Below, one piece after another: positions 1 through 12,133 of a stretch of 64,000 nt of DNA (position 1 is the stretch's first letter; every line of letters starts with the position of its first letter). Both the position numbers and the translations under genes were made by a program. Origin of the DNA: Marsupella aquatica (lineage: Eukaryota; Plantae; Marchantiophyta); assembly GCA_973895155.1 (NCBI GenBank), contig OZ316898.1:4572979-4636978 (forward strand), read 5' to 3'. The notes beneath the pieces were generated by a model. That model was not told the DNA's origin, did no database searches, and saw only the letters and a list, made by a program, of their open reading frames with translations.

Positions 1-431
1 AGTCTAGCCCAATCTTAAGATTTTGAAGAATGATTAGTCATCTGTAGTCATCTGCCCATATACTCTAAACTTTTAAGACCAACTAGTCATAATCAGTCGC
101 CTATGTTCCGATATTGAACCATAGCACCAGTCATATATGCGAAAGGCTACTCTTCCTCACTGACTGTTTGTGACTAATTCATACCTTGTTTTGAGTCATA
201 CAAATGACTACACCTTCTCCAAATCCCAAAATGCCCAAGTACGGATTTGGTCATTATTAGTCACAAAATGTGTCTTAAACCCTAGTCACATAGCTGATCA
301 CTCGATTTCAGTCACTTTAAATAAGACGCTATGTCAAATTATGACTGGCTTGATACCCCCCAAACTTTAGTCACAAGGAGTCATGGGCAGTTGTAAAACT
401 TAGTCATAAAACACCCCGGTTTCTACTAGTG
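1..431. mobile_element. Terminus of a CACTA (EnSpm) DNA transposon; element continues left of the window
   Basis: Ends in ...TTTTCTACTAGTG at 431 (reverse complement CACTAGTAGAAAA, a canonical CACTA TIR start). Preceded by dense subterminal TAGTCA/TGACTA repeats in both orientations. Confidence 0.8.
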
Positions 432-1330
432 TTGCCTGAGCCAGGGGCTTCTACGATCTACCAAAACAGAACATTTTGGAGATTACTCGAGCATTTGGCA
501 GATTAGGGATGATTCACGAAGATGAGTGATTCTTGGTCTAGTGGAAGGAATAATTGGACAATCACTGAAGCGAGAATCAGGCAGCTGAGGGGTCCTACCA
601 CAGGAGACTTGAATCTATGCCTATCTTTCAATCATGCTTTACAGGATCTGGTGATCACAGGTGAGGGATCTGAATCCTTTGCCGGTATGTGGAGATGGTT
701 TGATTTGGATGTGAAAATTCTGCATTTTTGAGCTTCCTACCTACAGGCTATACGAGATGCTCTGACCAAAGGGGTCTGACTTTGAGAGACAGAACCAGAT
801 CTGGGGAAAGAGTTACACGGTTGTTGATTGGGAGGTGGTATGGAAAACGGTTTGGACCTCTGATCTCTCTACTTGGGCCAGGGTGTTCCTTTGGAGGATT
901 CTTGCTCAGGGGCTCTTCTCTGGATCCAAGGCAAGGACGATTGGGAAGTCTACTTGTGCTTGTCCTCTCTGCCCTGAGACGCTTGAAACCATTCCACATA
1001 TATTAATTTTCTTTCTGTAGACATGCCAAGTCCTGTTGGGCTGTGATTCATGGATGGCTAGCTGACTAACTTTGCTATCCTGTGATGGACTGGGTGGAGC
1101 TGCTACTATCATCGGCTGGGAAGACCACCATTCACACACTAAGGTTTTTTTTTGTTTTGTATCAAGTTCTTTGGAGCACTGGCTTGCTCGCAATGGCCAA
1201 ACATTCAATATCTCAAAGAAGCGTGTCTTCTTCACTTCTGAGATCCTTGACCATCTCTTGGTTGTGGTCGCTGTCGCGGGTTCATCACAAGAGATCGTGA
1301 GACTTACCCTGATGCCAAGACCCTTTTAGA
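432..1330 (+). mobile_element. Degenerate non-LTR retrotransposon (LINE) 3' remnant with zf-RVT domain
   Basis: 835-1020 reads WKTVWTSDLSTWARVFLWRILAQGL...CACPLCPETLETIPHI, matching the zf-RVT pattern (W..W...FLWR...CxxC...ET..H). Frameshifted and truncated on the left by the CACTA end. Right boundary approximate. Confidence 0.65.
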
Positions 1331-3005
1331 ACCTGAGCGCATCCGCATTCTTAGAAGTGGAGTCATCAGTTTCAAATCTTTTTGAGGTAGATTTTATAGG
1401 AAACTGACAATTTTGACTAGGATCTTTTAGAGACTTGAAAAGTGGAAGGTAGCTGTCTTCTCTGGGACTCTTGGTGCCCAGTGAGGACCCTCTTTTTCTT
1501 TTGCTATAATGCCACTTGTGGCTTCTTTTGCCTATTTGGCCTGCTGGGTCCCCCCATCCGTGGGGTTCATGCGGAATAAACAAAGAGTTAGATATAATAA
1601 TAATAATAAATAAATACAGATTTCCTTCTTGCTCCATTCATTCAAGAAATTATTGTTAATTGTAGAAATTGTGGTTTACCACCAGGGAAGGAGGAGGAGA
1701 GTTAGTCTAACCCACCACTAGCCATAAAAAAGGCCATAAAAAAGGGAAGTGTGGAAGACTTCTCCCTTTTTCACATTCCACTCATTCTGCTCCTCTTGTA
1801 TGCTCCAAAAACTCAGGAAAAGGGTACAATTTATGGTGAAATTTGCTGTATTCAGGTTTTGTCATGGGTATTGGTCATTTAAGGGGAATAGTGTGCTATT
1901 GTTCTCCTCCTTGTAATGAACTGGGTTTTCCCTTGCTTGAGCCATGGTTTTTGATCTAGCTTGTGGCCTTTTTGGTGTAAATGGGGTTCCCAACTAGCAC
2001 CCCAGTTCCCAAATGCTTTTTGGGATACTAGCCTGGCAACGCGTATTTCATTGCAGCCATGTGAAGGCAAAGAAGTGTCTCAGCAAAATCTTCTCAGTGG
2101 CATTGCACATCCAAGGTTGGGCCACAACACTGCGTGGTCTGTTGGGAGTTTGTCAGAAGGGCAAGGGCGCAAGGGAGGGATGCAAAAATACTTTTTGGTC
2201 TTTGTTACTTTGTCGGCTTTTGGTTGGGGTCCCCTTGGCTTGTTTTTCTTGGGGCCCTTTCCCCTCTTTTCCTCCCCTGCATTGGGTTGCTTTGCCATTG
2301 GAGTCATGTCTCCCAGTTATGCATTTTTTGCCATTGGGTCATGTCTCCCAGTTATGCATTTTTTGCCCTGCAGTTGGGCACATATATCTATGAGATGCAA
2401 AGGGCTGGGCATGTGCAAAAAGGGTTATGGTGAGGGAGGTCACCCAGAGTCAAGTGCAGCGCACAGGGGTAAAAAGGGGGAGGCAAGTGGGCAGGCTTGA
2501 GGAGGGGTCTGCTAGCAATCCAAGGGGGCCCAAAAAAAAATGGCTTGACAACCAGGATTGGTTTCTGCCGGCAACTCTTTTTGTAAACCAACATAGAAGT
2601 CTTTTGGTGCGATGACATGTTACAGTGGCTTATTTTGAGGCAACACTAAGTTGAAAGGAACAATATTGCATCCTCAAAAGGATTAAATAAATTTTTTTCC
2701 ATGAGGAGTCCAGTCCCTACTTGTATTTACTCACATTTCAAGCCCCAAAAGTATTAGCCCATGATTGTCATGGGCGAATCTCGTACCTCTCACCCTGTGA
2801 CTCCCAGCCACACATCCTAACCAGCAACATACTGCTCAAATTGCAATTATAGTGTGTGAAGTCAAATCTGTATAGAAACAATTACCTATATTTTTTGGTT
2901 ACTTCTCGTCCCCCCCTCAATACAGTTGTGTCGTGCTTCTTCGGGTTCCCCGCTTTGTAAACTTTCATCTTTATAAACAGTTATATATATTTTTTGTTAC
3001 TTTGT

Positions 3006-3036
<31 letters not shown>

Positions 3037-4040
3037 TTTCTAGTCCGCCCTCAATACAGTTCGTGTCGTGCTTCGGTTCCCGTAAACTGGTTCAGACTGA
3101 TGTACAGGATGAGGCCCCTCCCTCACCATCGCTCGTCTCGTGGAGAGCTTTCGTATAAACCCTCCGTATCTTATCCTTCACATCACCCAGACCACATCGT
3201 TTTCGAGGTTTCCGAAATTTTGTGGACGAGATCTGAACACACATACGTCGTACAACCCTGGAGAATCCTCAAGGTGTCGCTCCTTGCAAACAGACTCGCA
3301 AATTTCACGAAGGACACGACTACAGTCCGGTAGCTGCCGACGACCATGACGACTCGTTGTACGCCTTGACTGGAGCACAATCGGGTCCACTCCTGCCATG
3401 GCACGTACTTCGCCGTTTTAGAGGAGGACTCTTACCATCAATCTGCTCCTCTCGATCGAACCTCCTTCCATTTTTGGTCTGCATGGTCGATCGATCGCCG
3501 CCCTGCCAAGTCGCTCACCGTAACTTTTGCCAAGTGGACAACACTTGGACTCGCACGTTTTCCGTCCCTTCCACAGATGTCACGGAGGAGCATCACCAAT
3601 CTTATGCAGTGACTTGGTGTCAACCCTGAATTCATGCATGCCATATACGGATTTAGCATTCAATTTGATTAATTAGCGAAGGAAATCCGAGCTTGAGTTG
3701 AACATGAGGATACTCGTCCATCGATTGGTTGCCAGCACAGACTCAATAATATCCCACACAATAATGGATCCAGAATGTACCTTAAATTGTTGAGTTTGAG
3801 CATTTGTAAAAATTGTGCGGGCGATATATGGTATCTTAATTAACGAGAGGTGGAAAAAATTTGCAATTTTAGATCTCTGAAAACCAATGGCTACGGAAGG
3901 TGACGGTGTGCACGGAATAATTATTATTCAGATCTCCCGCTTGGAGAGACTGGAAGGTGCAACGCTAGACACATCGAAAAAATCAACGCAAATTCGAAAA
4001 GAATGAGACCGACACCGAAACTGTGATCACTAGCACTAAT

Positions 4041-4077
4041 CACGTGAGATTCCCTCCTGGCTCCGGCTGTTATAAAT
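4041..4077 (+). promoter_or_regulatory. ELIP promoter: G-box (CACGTG, 4041-4046) and TATA box (TATAAAT, 4071-4077)
   Basis: Motifs seen about 200-235 bp upstream of the ATG at 4276. A G-box/TATA pair is typical of light- and stress-induced genes. Confidence 0.55.
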
Positions 4078-4275
4078 TCCCATCAGATCTCCTCATACTA
4101 CATCATTTGACAAACTCTCAGCCCAGCAGTCTAGCTCTTGTACAGTAATCAACAACGCATACTGAACTCTTTTTGAATCAGCTAGCAACACCAAGAGCAG
4201 ATCGATCAAAGGCCTTGCAGCTAACTTGTAGAATTCTTTGCGTTCTGTTCGAGCTTGAAACTTTGTTAAGGCATC

Positions 4276-5512
4276 ATGGCAGTAAGTTTGGGAGTCATGC
4301 AGGCGTCGATGGCAGCAGTATCAGCCCCAGTGGGAAGCTGGGCGACCCATCGTCCAGCATTGAAAGGAGGAATGGGGATGTTGCCTCTTGCAGCACCTAG
4401 GAGAGCGACCTTACTCCGATGCCAAGCTGGGGAGAGTCCTTCACTGCGCGATGCCGTAGACAAGGCGACGAAGAAGGAAATCACAAAGGAAGATATCCTC
4501 CGCCACCAGGAATTCGACGAATCTGAGAAGAACGCGGTGTTCGGAACCAAGCCTGCCAAAGGCTCTTTCTACCGGAGCGAAGAGAACCCAGAAGGAGCTG
4601 CCGGCTACCCACGCCCGGAAATCGAAAGGCGACCCGAGACCGGCGACAGGAGCATCGGAAGTATTTTCGCATTCGACGGTGCGGCTCCCGAGACCATTAA
4701 CGGACGACTGGTACGTGACTGACCGCATTCCTATAAACTATCCTCATTGCTTTGTGGATCTGTCGTCGATTTTTTCGGCATGATCGGTTTCCTTGCAATT
4801 TTGACGGAAATCGACCAGTGCAGATTCCCAGCTCTTGTAAAGTGCTTGGTCGTGTCCCATATATGTCGCGGGTGCTCGCGACACGCTCACAGTCTCGCCC
4901 AATCTCACAGTGACTTGAGCTTACTTTTTTTTAAAGAATCATGGCTGTCGGAGCTTAATATATATCTGACTTCTCGCCTATCAGAGTCATCGAGACTGAA
5001 AGTAAAAATGTGCTCAAATTGCTGGAAGTGAGAATTTGCTAAATGTTGCTTCCTTAGTGTTTTGGTATGCGTGACAGTAACCCGAAGTCCTATGAAAATG
5101 GCAATGCCAGTAAGCATCATCCATGTATGTATCTTGTATACACAATTGAGTTGTGCAGTGTAATCTGCTGAGCATTTTGGGTCTGTTTACTGACCTTTTT
5201 GTCAACGTACTGCTGCGCATTCAGGCTATGGTAGGCTTTGTGTGGGCCTTCCTCGCCGAGAAGGCGACTGGACTGTCTGTTGTGGAGCAAGTGTTCACTC
5301 CAGGCACCACCGGACTTGTTTTCTTCATTGGTACGGTGCAGCTTCTCGCTTACGCGTCCCTGGTGCCTATCGTAAACGGAGAATCAACAGACGCGCGCAG
5401 CTGGGGTCCGTTCAATGCCCGAGCTGAGCGATGGAACGGTCGTCTGGCCATGATCGGGTTTGCAGCTTTGCTGCTCGATGAGTTCATTCGCCAGACCCCG
5501 GTCTTCCACTGA
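4276..5512 (+). CDS. ELIP: Early light-induced protein (ELIP/LHC-like), 240 aa; join(4276..4710,5225..5512)
   Basis: Plastid transit-like N-terminus. Two LHC motifs: ETINGRL|AMVGF (spliced across a phase-0 GT..AG intron, 4711-5224) and ERWNGRLAMIGF. Intact frame. Confidence 0.9.
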
Positions 5513-8500
5513 GCTGTCACTCCTTTGAACGTGGCCCGTAGAAGTAAATTTGTACACTAAAGATTTTCCCCAATGCCAGAGTAGCTTCGCTCACATTGTA
5601 CAGAAGTAAGCTAGAAAATCGATTTGTTCGAAAGCTCTCTATTGGAGCTGCTAGCTGCGAATTTTTTATTATTTTGACAACTCGTAAGCATATGTAACTG
5701 GTTGTCACCTAGTGACTTCAATAAATTTGAGCGTTCTTTTCTCTACGTTTGCAATGTTTGGAACAACGATGATAGTTATCATCTATCATCGTTGTTCCAT
5801 ACTCAATTTGAGCTTTCTCCCGATCTTATTGTCATCATGTCTTTGATTGCTGTCCCAAATTTTCTCTTGCTCTACTACTTTACTCAAATTGAACATAAAG
5901 CAACAACTAATGTGACTATTACAGCTTATTGTTTAGTGTAAAAGCATGTGGCGACTACCAAACTCTTTACGCCTCACACCAAATTATAACTTTTGCAGTC
6001 GAACATTTGTTGATGTACACTGATCATATCCTCTATGCATGTACATGTTCTCGAAAAACGATGTGTTTCGAATTCATCCGTAAGATGGAAAGTGCAGTGC
6101 AAACACGGTTTATTAATATATACAAAATTGGTGAAGAAAAGAATTTAACAAATCTTGGAAATTTGAATTCAACACTGTTTTCGAGTGTACCAGGACATTG
6201 AGAATTATCTAAAATTACCAGCGGCAATATAGAAAGCCTTTTTCCACGCAGGTGGGGAAAGAAAACTGAACGCGAGTGGGTGAGTGGAAGTAAAGCATCT
6301 GATGAAAAATCTATTGCCGTGTATGAGAAAATTCACTCGGATTGGAAGTGTGATTCAGTACAACTTCAGACCGATGCGCAACCCTTTCTTCACATATTTC
6401 GGTGCTGAATCATCGATTTATTCATTCAATGATCGGCTGAGGTAACTTCAAATTTGTAAGCTGCAACTTTGTGCTATCTACTAATATGAACAATTGATAA
6501 CAATGAGATCCTGAGGTGGGGCAACGCTGCCAAAGTTAGGTTCGTTGGATAGACCATAATATCACAAACCGTTCATTTCACTCAAAAGTCGCATATGATG
6601 GTATGCGCTCAATGGAAATGACTGCGCCATTCTTTTTGACTTTGGTTAAACTCATCGTTTAAAAATACTCGATGCGAGCTAGAGTTGAACAGCATCATTT
6701 ATATCAATTTCCACGTCGAGCGTTCCAATTGAAGTGAACACATTTCTGACTTCCGCCGACAATGTTATTTTTTGTGACTCAATTTACTCCAAAGATCGAA
6801 TTCGTTAGTTTATGGACATCTCTGGAGTTTATTGCTTCCGCATCCAGTTGGGCGTTGAGTCAGCGAAGTCTACATTGCTAAAGGCAGAGCATCGTGCGAG
6901 TCATTGTTTAATCGTGATAATAGTTGAAGCGGAAAAACTTCTAGCGTGCTCAAAAGAGGAAGGCTATGCTGAGAGCCCCGCAAATCTTTTAACAAATGTC
7001 AGTAAGTAGGTTCCGATAGTCCACAAATCCCGTAATTATATTGTTTGTTTTCCATCAAAGCTTCTAAGAAATGTCAGTAAGTTCCGATAGTCCACAAATC
7101 CCTTAATTATATTGATTCGTCTTTCCCGTGTGTTTCGACAGAGGCGTGAGGTTTCTTTCAGTAATTCGATATAGTAGGTCTTGCCTAACTTATTGTCATG
7201 ACATATGTCGTCGTCTGTCATGACATAATGTCGTCGTCTAGACATAATGTAAACTTTCCATTGACAGCTACTGAAATAAAAATGGTACAAAGGAACTTTC
7301 GGTTCTCTTCATTGCCGCAGGCGTCATTGCTATCATGGAGATTGCGGACTCGGTTAACAAGCACAGCTCCAAGAATAGGACATTGGACCGATTCCGCATC
7401 ATTGCTGCAGGCGTCGTGTGGCATATATGGACATTTCCATTGACAGGCACATCTCCAAGCAGTCCGTGCTGAACTGTAATTAATCGATACTGTTGTCCAC
7501 CATTTCCTCGTTCTCTGAGACCTCAAGATGTACATGCCGAGACAGTTGTGTATAGCTAAAAGATTACTCACATCCACTCTCACTCTTCTCGACTTCTTAG
7601 TGGGTCCTTTGGTTTTTGGTTCCTTTGTTGCTGTGGGGGACTCCTTGGCTCGTTGGACCCCTTTGGTCGCCTTTTCCCTCGGGTTTCCCCTTCCAGTTCC
7701 CTCCCTTTATTGGGTTGCATTCCCTTCGGGACCCTGTCTCCAGCTTCGACGTTTTTGTCCTTTGGCACTGTGATGTATAACAAGCCGAAAGAATTGGAAG
7801 TTTTCGTTAGGGAGCTTGAGAGAAACAGTCCCGGTCATCTCATATTGGGACGGCAGCAGCGTTGAAATTTCGGTATCCTGTTTGAAACGTGTTTCTTATT
7901 GATCCCCCTAGATTTGAAGAAAAGCATCAATTTAACCTGTTTCAAACGTGTTTCTTAATGCTCCCCCTAGATTGGAAGCGAAGCATCAGTTTCAAGCAAC
8001 GCTGCAGGAAGCATCCTGGCGAGTTCTCTTCGGTAGTAGAGTTTTCGCCTGGGCTTTCTGCGAAGCGAAAATTTGAGCAAATTTTGCCTATGCAAAATTG
8101 AGAGCCTGCTGCAGTAATCACCGAAGATGCTGCTCTTTATGTGATCTTATCGACTAAACCCTGAACCCTGAACTTGTCTCCTTGTAGCGTAATTGCATTC
8201 TAGTATTGTTAATATGTCCGAGAAATCGCGCATAGAATCAATTCACGGGGCAAAGTAACTTTCAGTCAGGCGTACGGACAATGCTCCAGTAAGACAATTC
8301 AAGAGCACACCGTCAGCTCAACGTACTGGGAGGGGAAAGAATGGGTAAGGAAATGTTGGCCTCAGCTTGTTGTAGTTCTGTACCTTGTTAACACTTTAAC
8401 AATACTTCTTTATTGAGTACATGGAAACCTCGTGGCAGTGCCCTCGCGGTGCTTTATGCCGATTGTCAGTCAGATCCAGAGGAAGAAAATCATGAAAGCG

Positions 8501-8688
8501 GAAGCAGATTACAGCTGGATCAGGGCCTAAACAGAATCATGGTTGTTTCCGGACACTGTTCCTCGCAAATCTACTTGCAGGTCAAGCTTGAGCCGCGAGA
8601 CTGTCATCGTGGACACGTCCACGCGTATGGAGTGGATTCGACCTGCAGCAGGGGCTGGTCCTGGTGGCAACTGTTTCGGAGTTGATGG

Positions 8689-8818
8689 CACTCTAGCAGC
8701 TCCTGTGCAGAAGTGATCGAGAAGTACGAGAGAATGTCTCGAAATCGTCCTCACTCTAGCAGCTCCTGTGCAGAAGTGATCGAGAAGTACGAGAGAATGT
8801 CTCGAAATCGTCCTCACT
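8689..8818 (+). repeat. Perfect 63-bp tandem duplication present only in unit 1
   Basis: CACTCTAGCAGCTCCTGTGCAGAAG...GAAATCGTCCT occurs at 8689 and 8752. Single copy in the other units. Confidence 0.9.
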
Positions 8819-8982
8819 CCTAGTTCTCCTGTGTTTTTCCAATTGAGGAGCTAGGTCATCGAACTCTTCTGCATATTTCACTTGGCCATTAGTGTCTGCT
8901 GGCATTACGATCTCGTGAGGTTTGGTCAAGTGCTTCTTGTGTTTCCTTCATCGTTAGTATCGTTACTCTCCTGAAACTGGAG

Positions 8983-9823
8983 ATGAGCAGTCCTGGTCGC
9001 CCGAGTATTTTCTCGGCCTCGGCTGGAAGGGGAGCCGGCTTCGATCAACCATCAGACGTAAATGAAGGCAACACAAATGGAGGGACTGCATTACTGCCCT
9101 CAAATGGTAGAGCATCATTTACTAATTCTCGCATTTTCGATTCGGCGCGATTGCCACAGCTGTCAAATACATTCCCACCTGTAGGACAAGCGGCTGCAAG
9201 CTATGGTAGAGTATATTTAAGTCATGATTCCGCATTCCCTGTATTGCTTTTGAGGGCCCAAACTTTTCATGTGTCCCTTGAGAGTGAACTAAGGCTTAAG
9301 ACTTTGGTCGATATAATTCGTTTCATTGGTAAGTGATTACAAAAATATGTTGACTACATTTCGCATTACCATGAGTAGTCACAACCAGATTTCGCGTCCA
9401 ACATGATTCGCAACGCACACATTGTAAATTCCCTTCTTTGCTTATAAACAAGAAAGATTATTGATTGGCAACGATTTGTATACTGCTGCCGAAAACTTTA
9501 GGGTCTTCTTGGTTCTCAAAATTCACCTTCCTCTTCCGTGCCGGCGTTGGATGTGATGCAGGAGGGACAACCGACTACATATTAACAGAAATGGCATCAA
9601 TAGCTGCTAATGGGCAAGAAAGAACTGGGCAGAATGGATCACTGCCCTCGAATAGCAGAGCGTCAATGGCAAATATGAGTCGGACTTCGAGCACCTCGCG
9701 ATTGCTTGGGCAGTTTAGTTGCCCGTGTACATTTCCGTGGACTCACACCACTCCAAGCAATGGTAAATTAGGTTTTAGAAATGCAAGATGTTGTCCTGTC
9801 TTTCGTGCGTTTTAGGGGACTGA
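8983..9823 (+). CDS. Possible spliced low-complexity ORF upstream of the 4-TM gene (exons ~8983..9204, 9562..9762, 9816..9823); may be 5'UTR/uORF
   Basis: Phase-1 compatible GT/AG sites conserved in three units. Frame open in units 1 and 3 but frameshifted in the last unit (~36420). No recognisable domain. Confidence 0.3.
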
Positions 9824-10027
9824 CATCTTCTTCGGAATCATTAGTCATCAAGAGGTTGAAGTAAAGCTCGCCGAGTTGAGACCCTTGGTTTCGTTTCAGT
9901 CATTATTATGATAAGTTTTGCAGTCACCACCAATACGTGATCTGTTTGCTTGGAATATTAGTCAATTTTTTCACGTTGGGTCTATCCTAATTTCTCTGCT
10001 CCTCAAGGTTGACCGTCATCGTCTCCT

Positions 10028-11185
10028 ATGGCAGGTGCTGCATGTCCTGGCCCTGAACATTTTAAGGTGAGACATCTGTCACAAGCAGAGAAGTACCATC
10101 TCGAGAAACCACGTCCATATCTGCAAACCATGAGTTGCTCCAAGGTATTTAAGGAGCCTCTTGACCGGCTAAAAGTGTGGCCTCGGTTCTTTCAAACGAC
10201 AGAAGCGTCAGGCACAGAGCTTAGAAAAGGATATGTGACTCTTTGGACAACTTTCATCCTCGCGGTAAGGGGAAAGACTTAAAACGTCTCATATCTTCCG
10301 CCTTTGTTCACGGTATCTACTCTGGCTTGAGTTGTGTATCAGCGTTGATTGTCACTTCTCTCATTTTGTTACAAAAATGTATGTCTGGACCTTAACCCCT
10401 TTTTTAGTTTGCAGAAGAATAAAAAACGAGAAGAACATTTCACTGTATGGCATATAGCATTTTGTTTATTCCTGTATGGAAGTGCGTTGACTCGTTCTGT
10501 TGCCCTTTTGACACATGTTTGGAAGGAACTAGAAGATCTATCCGATCACAAAAGAATTTCACGCACAATAATGGTCAAGTAATTACTGAGGTCTTGATAG
10601 TACTTTAGGTTCTATCTGTCTGTATTTGTTAACTAATTTATTCCACGACTCACTGTACAGCCAGTTCATTGGAAGGCAGACTTTAGCTAACATTCTTCCG
10701 TGTTGAGAACAGTTTAGCTCAATTTCTCATCCACCCGCATCTATGAATAACCTGTGAATGGTCTTTTGGAACACGTGCAGGAGTCACTCCTAGCTGCGAT
10801 TGCAATCCAGCCCTTTGTTTCGAACGTCGGCAATCTCACAGGTTTGCAGCTCAAGATATACGGACTGGTGTGGATGCTGGCCCTGATCATTAGCTTTATG
10901 AGTCTTGGTGTCACTGCCCTTTTCTTGGGTTACTTGCATGGTAGCCCGGCGAAACTTACATACATGTGGGTCTGCAATATCGGTGCATGGATTGGTGTGC
11001 CTGCAGTTCTAGTATTACTGGCTACTTTCGTGAGCCTTGGTGCCGTCGCCTATAGTTCATGGGTCATTTATGGGCAAAGACTGGGGATACTTTGCACAGT
11101 TATAGAAGTGGTCGTTATTGTTTTTGCTATTGCCACTTCTACTGCTCTCGGGACGGCCTCTGGAGCAGCGCAAGCCCTGGATTGA
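10028..11185 (+). CDS. Uncharacterised four-helix membrane protein, copy 1, 213 aa; join(10028..10264,10781..11185)
   Basis: ATG exon ends ...TFILA|GTAAGG and joins in phase 0 to GTGCAG|GAG of the 143-aa hydrophobic ORF. About four hydrophobic segments. Structure conserved and intact in three copies. Confidence 0.75.
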
Positions 11186-12133
11186 GGACCCGCCAAAATT
11201 GCGTGTGAATATATCTGCGAAAGGAATTGCATGTGCTACACAAAATGATTTCTAGTAAGATCGATCTGGATCTCTGAGATGCTTGCTGCTCTCCAGCTCA
11301 ATTACTAAGGCATATTCACCAATTACTCACTGATTAGCTCACAAGAATTGAGACTTGTTCGCTGAGCTCTCCATCTTGACTTCAGGATTCAAGGTCTGCG
11401 GTTCCATATTTCGCTCTTCTTCTCCTAAACTGAATGGCTTGAGTAATTAGATTTGTTGTCGAAAAGCGAATGCCTTAGCCTAGTGCAAAGAGGTAGGTAT
11501 CGGGGCTCACTGTACATAATATGGGAGCTTCATTTGAGTGCCTTTTGGACCACAACACTAAACTATCTGAACATAATACTCGCACCTGACCCTGGAAGAA
11601 GTGCAAAAACCAAGGCAGTTGTTGCTTGGCCGATCAGGCTCGCCATTTGTTTGCAAGCTTGATAAAATCAGGCTCAATAAGGACTTTTCCATGTTTCGTA
11701 GAGTGTCCATGCTTACTGGTTTGACTGCATCCAGGATCGATTTCACTAATTCCGAAAATTTCTCATCATGTCAGAATTTCAGAATACTTTTTGGAAATCG
11801 GAAAAGTGCTTTCCGGAATTTTCAAAATGTAACTTTTGGAGCTTTCAAAGAAGGGTGTTGGAATCTCCACGTGCTGCTTTTGGAAATTTCATCAGCTATT
11901 TTTGGACACGGAACTTTGGGAATCACTGTGGCTCAAGACAAAAGCGTTCATCTGGACCACTAACTTTTAGGACACTGTTCAAAAGACTACAATCGAATGT
12001 AACGAGCATCACAATCTCGAATTTTCATTGCTCTTGGCAGAGAGCTTGTAGTACTGCCGATGCTTCTTCCTAAGGACTCACCTGTCTGTTCTTGACATTG
12101 ACCTTGTTTCCACAGAGAGCCATTGTGGCACGT

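Larger units (their letters stand above)
5494..12133 (+). repeat. Segmental duplication unit 1 (ELIP 3' end, intergenic block, 4-TM gene)
   Basis: Colinear high similarity to 12134-15633, 17360-21721 and 21722-39103. Units 2 and 4 begin at the homologue of the ELIP tail GACCCCGGTCTT(C/T)CACTGAGCT. Confidence 0.85.

Noticed and set aside
1961-2618. 179-aa and overlapping ORFs
   Set aside because: Low-complexity, repeat-derived sequence with an internal duplication, non-ATG starts and no domain.
6812-8685. Recurrent short ORFs in the duplicated intergenic block (also 13207-15317 and 23089-24870)
   Set aside because: They recur only because the DNA is duplicated. Frames, starts and stops differ between copies and no domain is recognisable.
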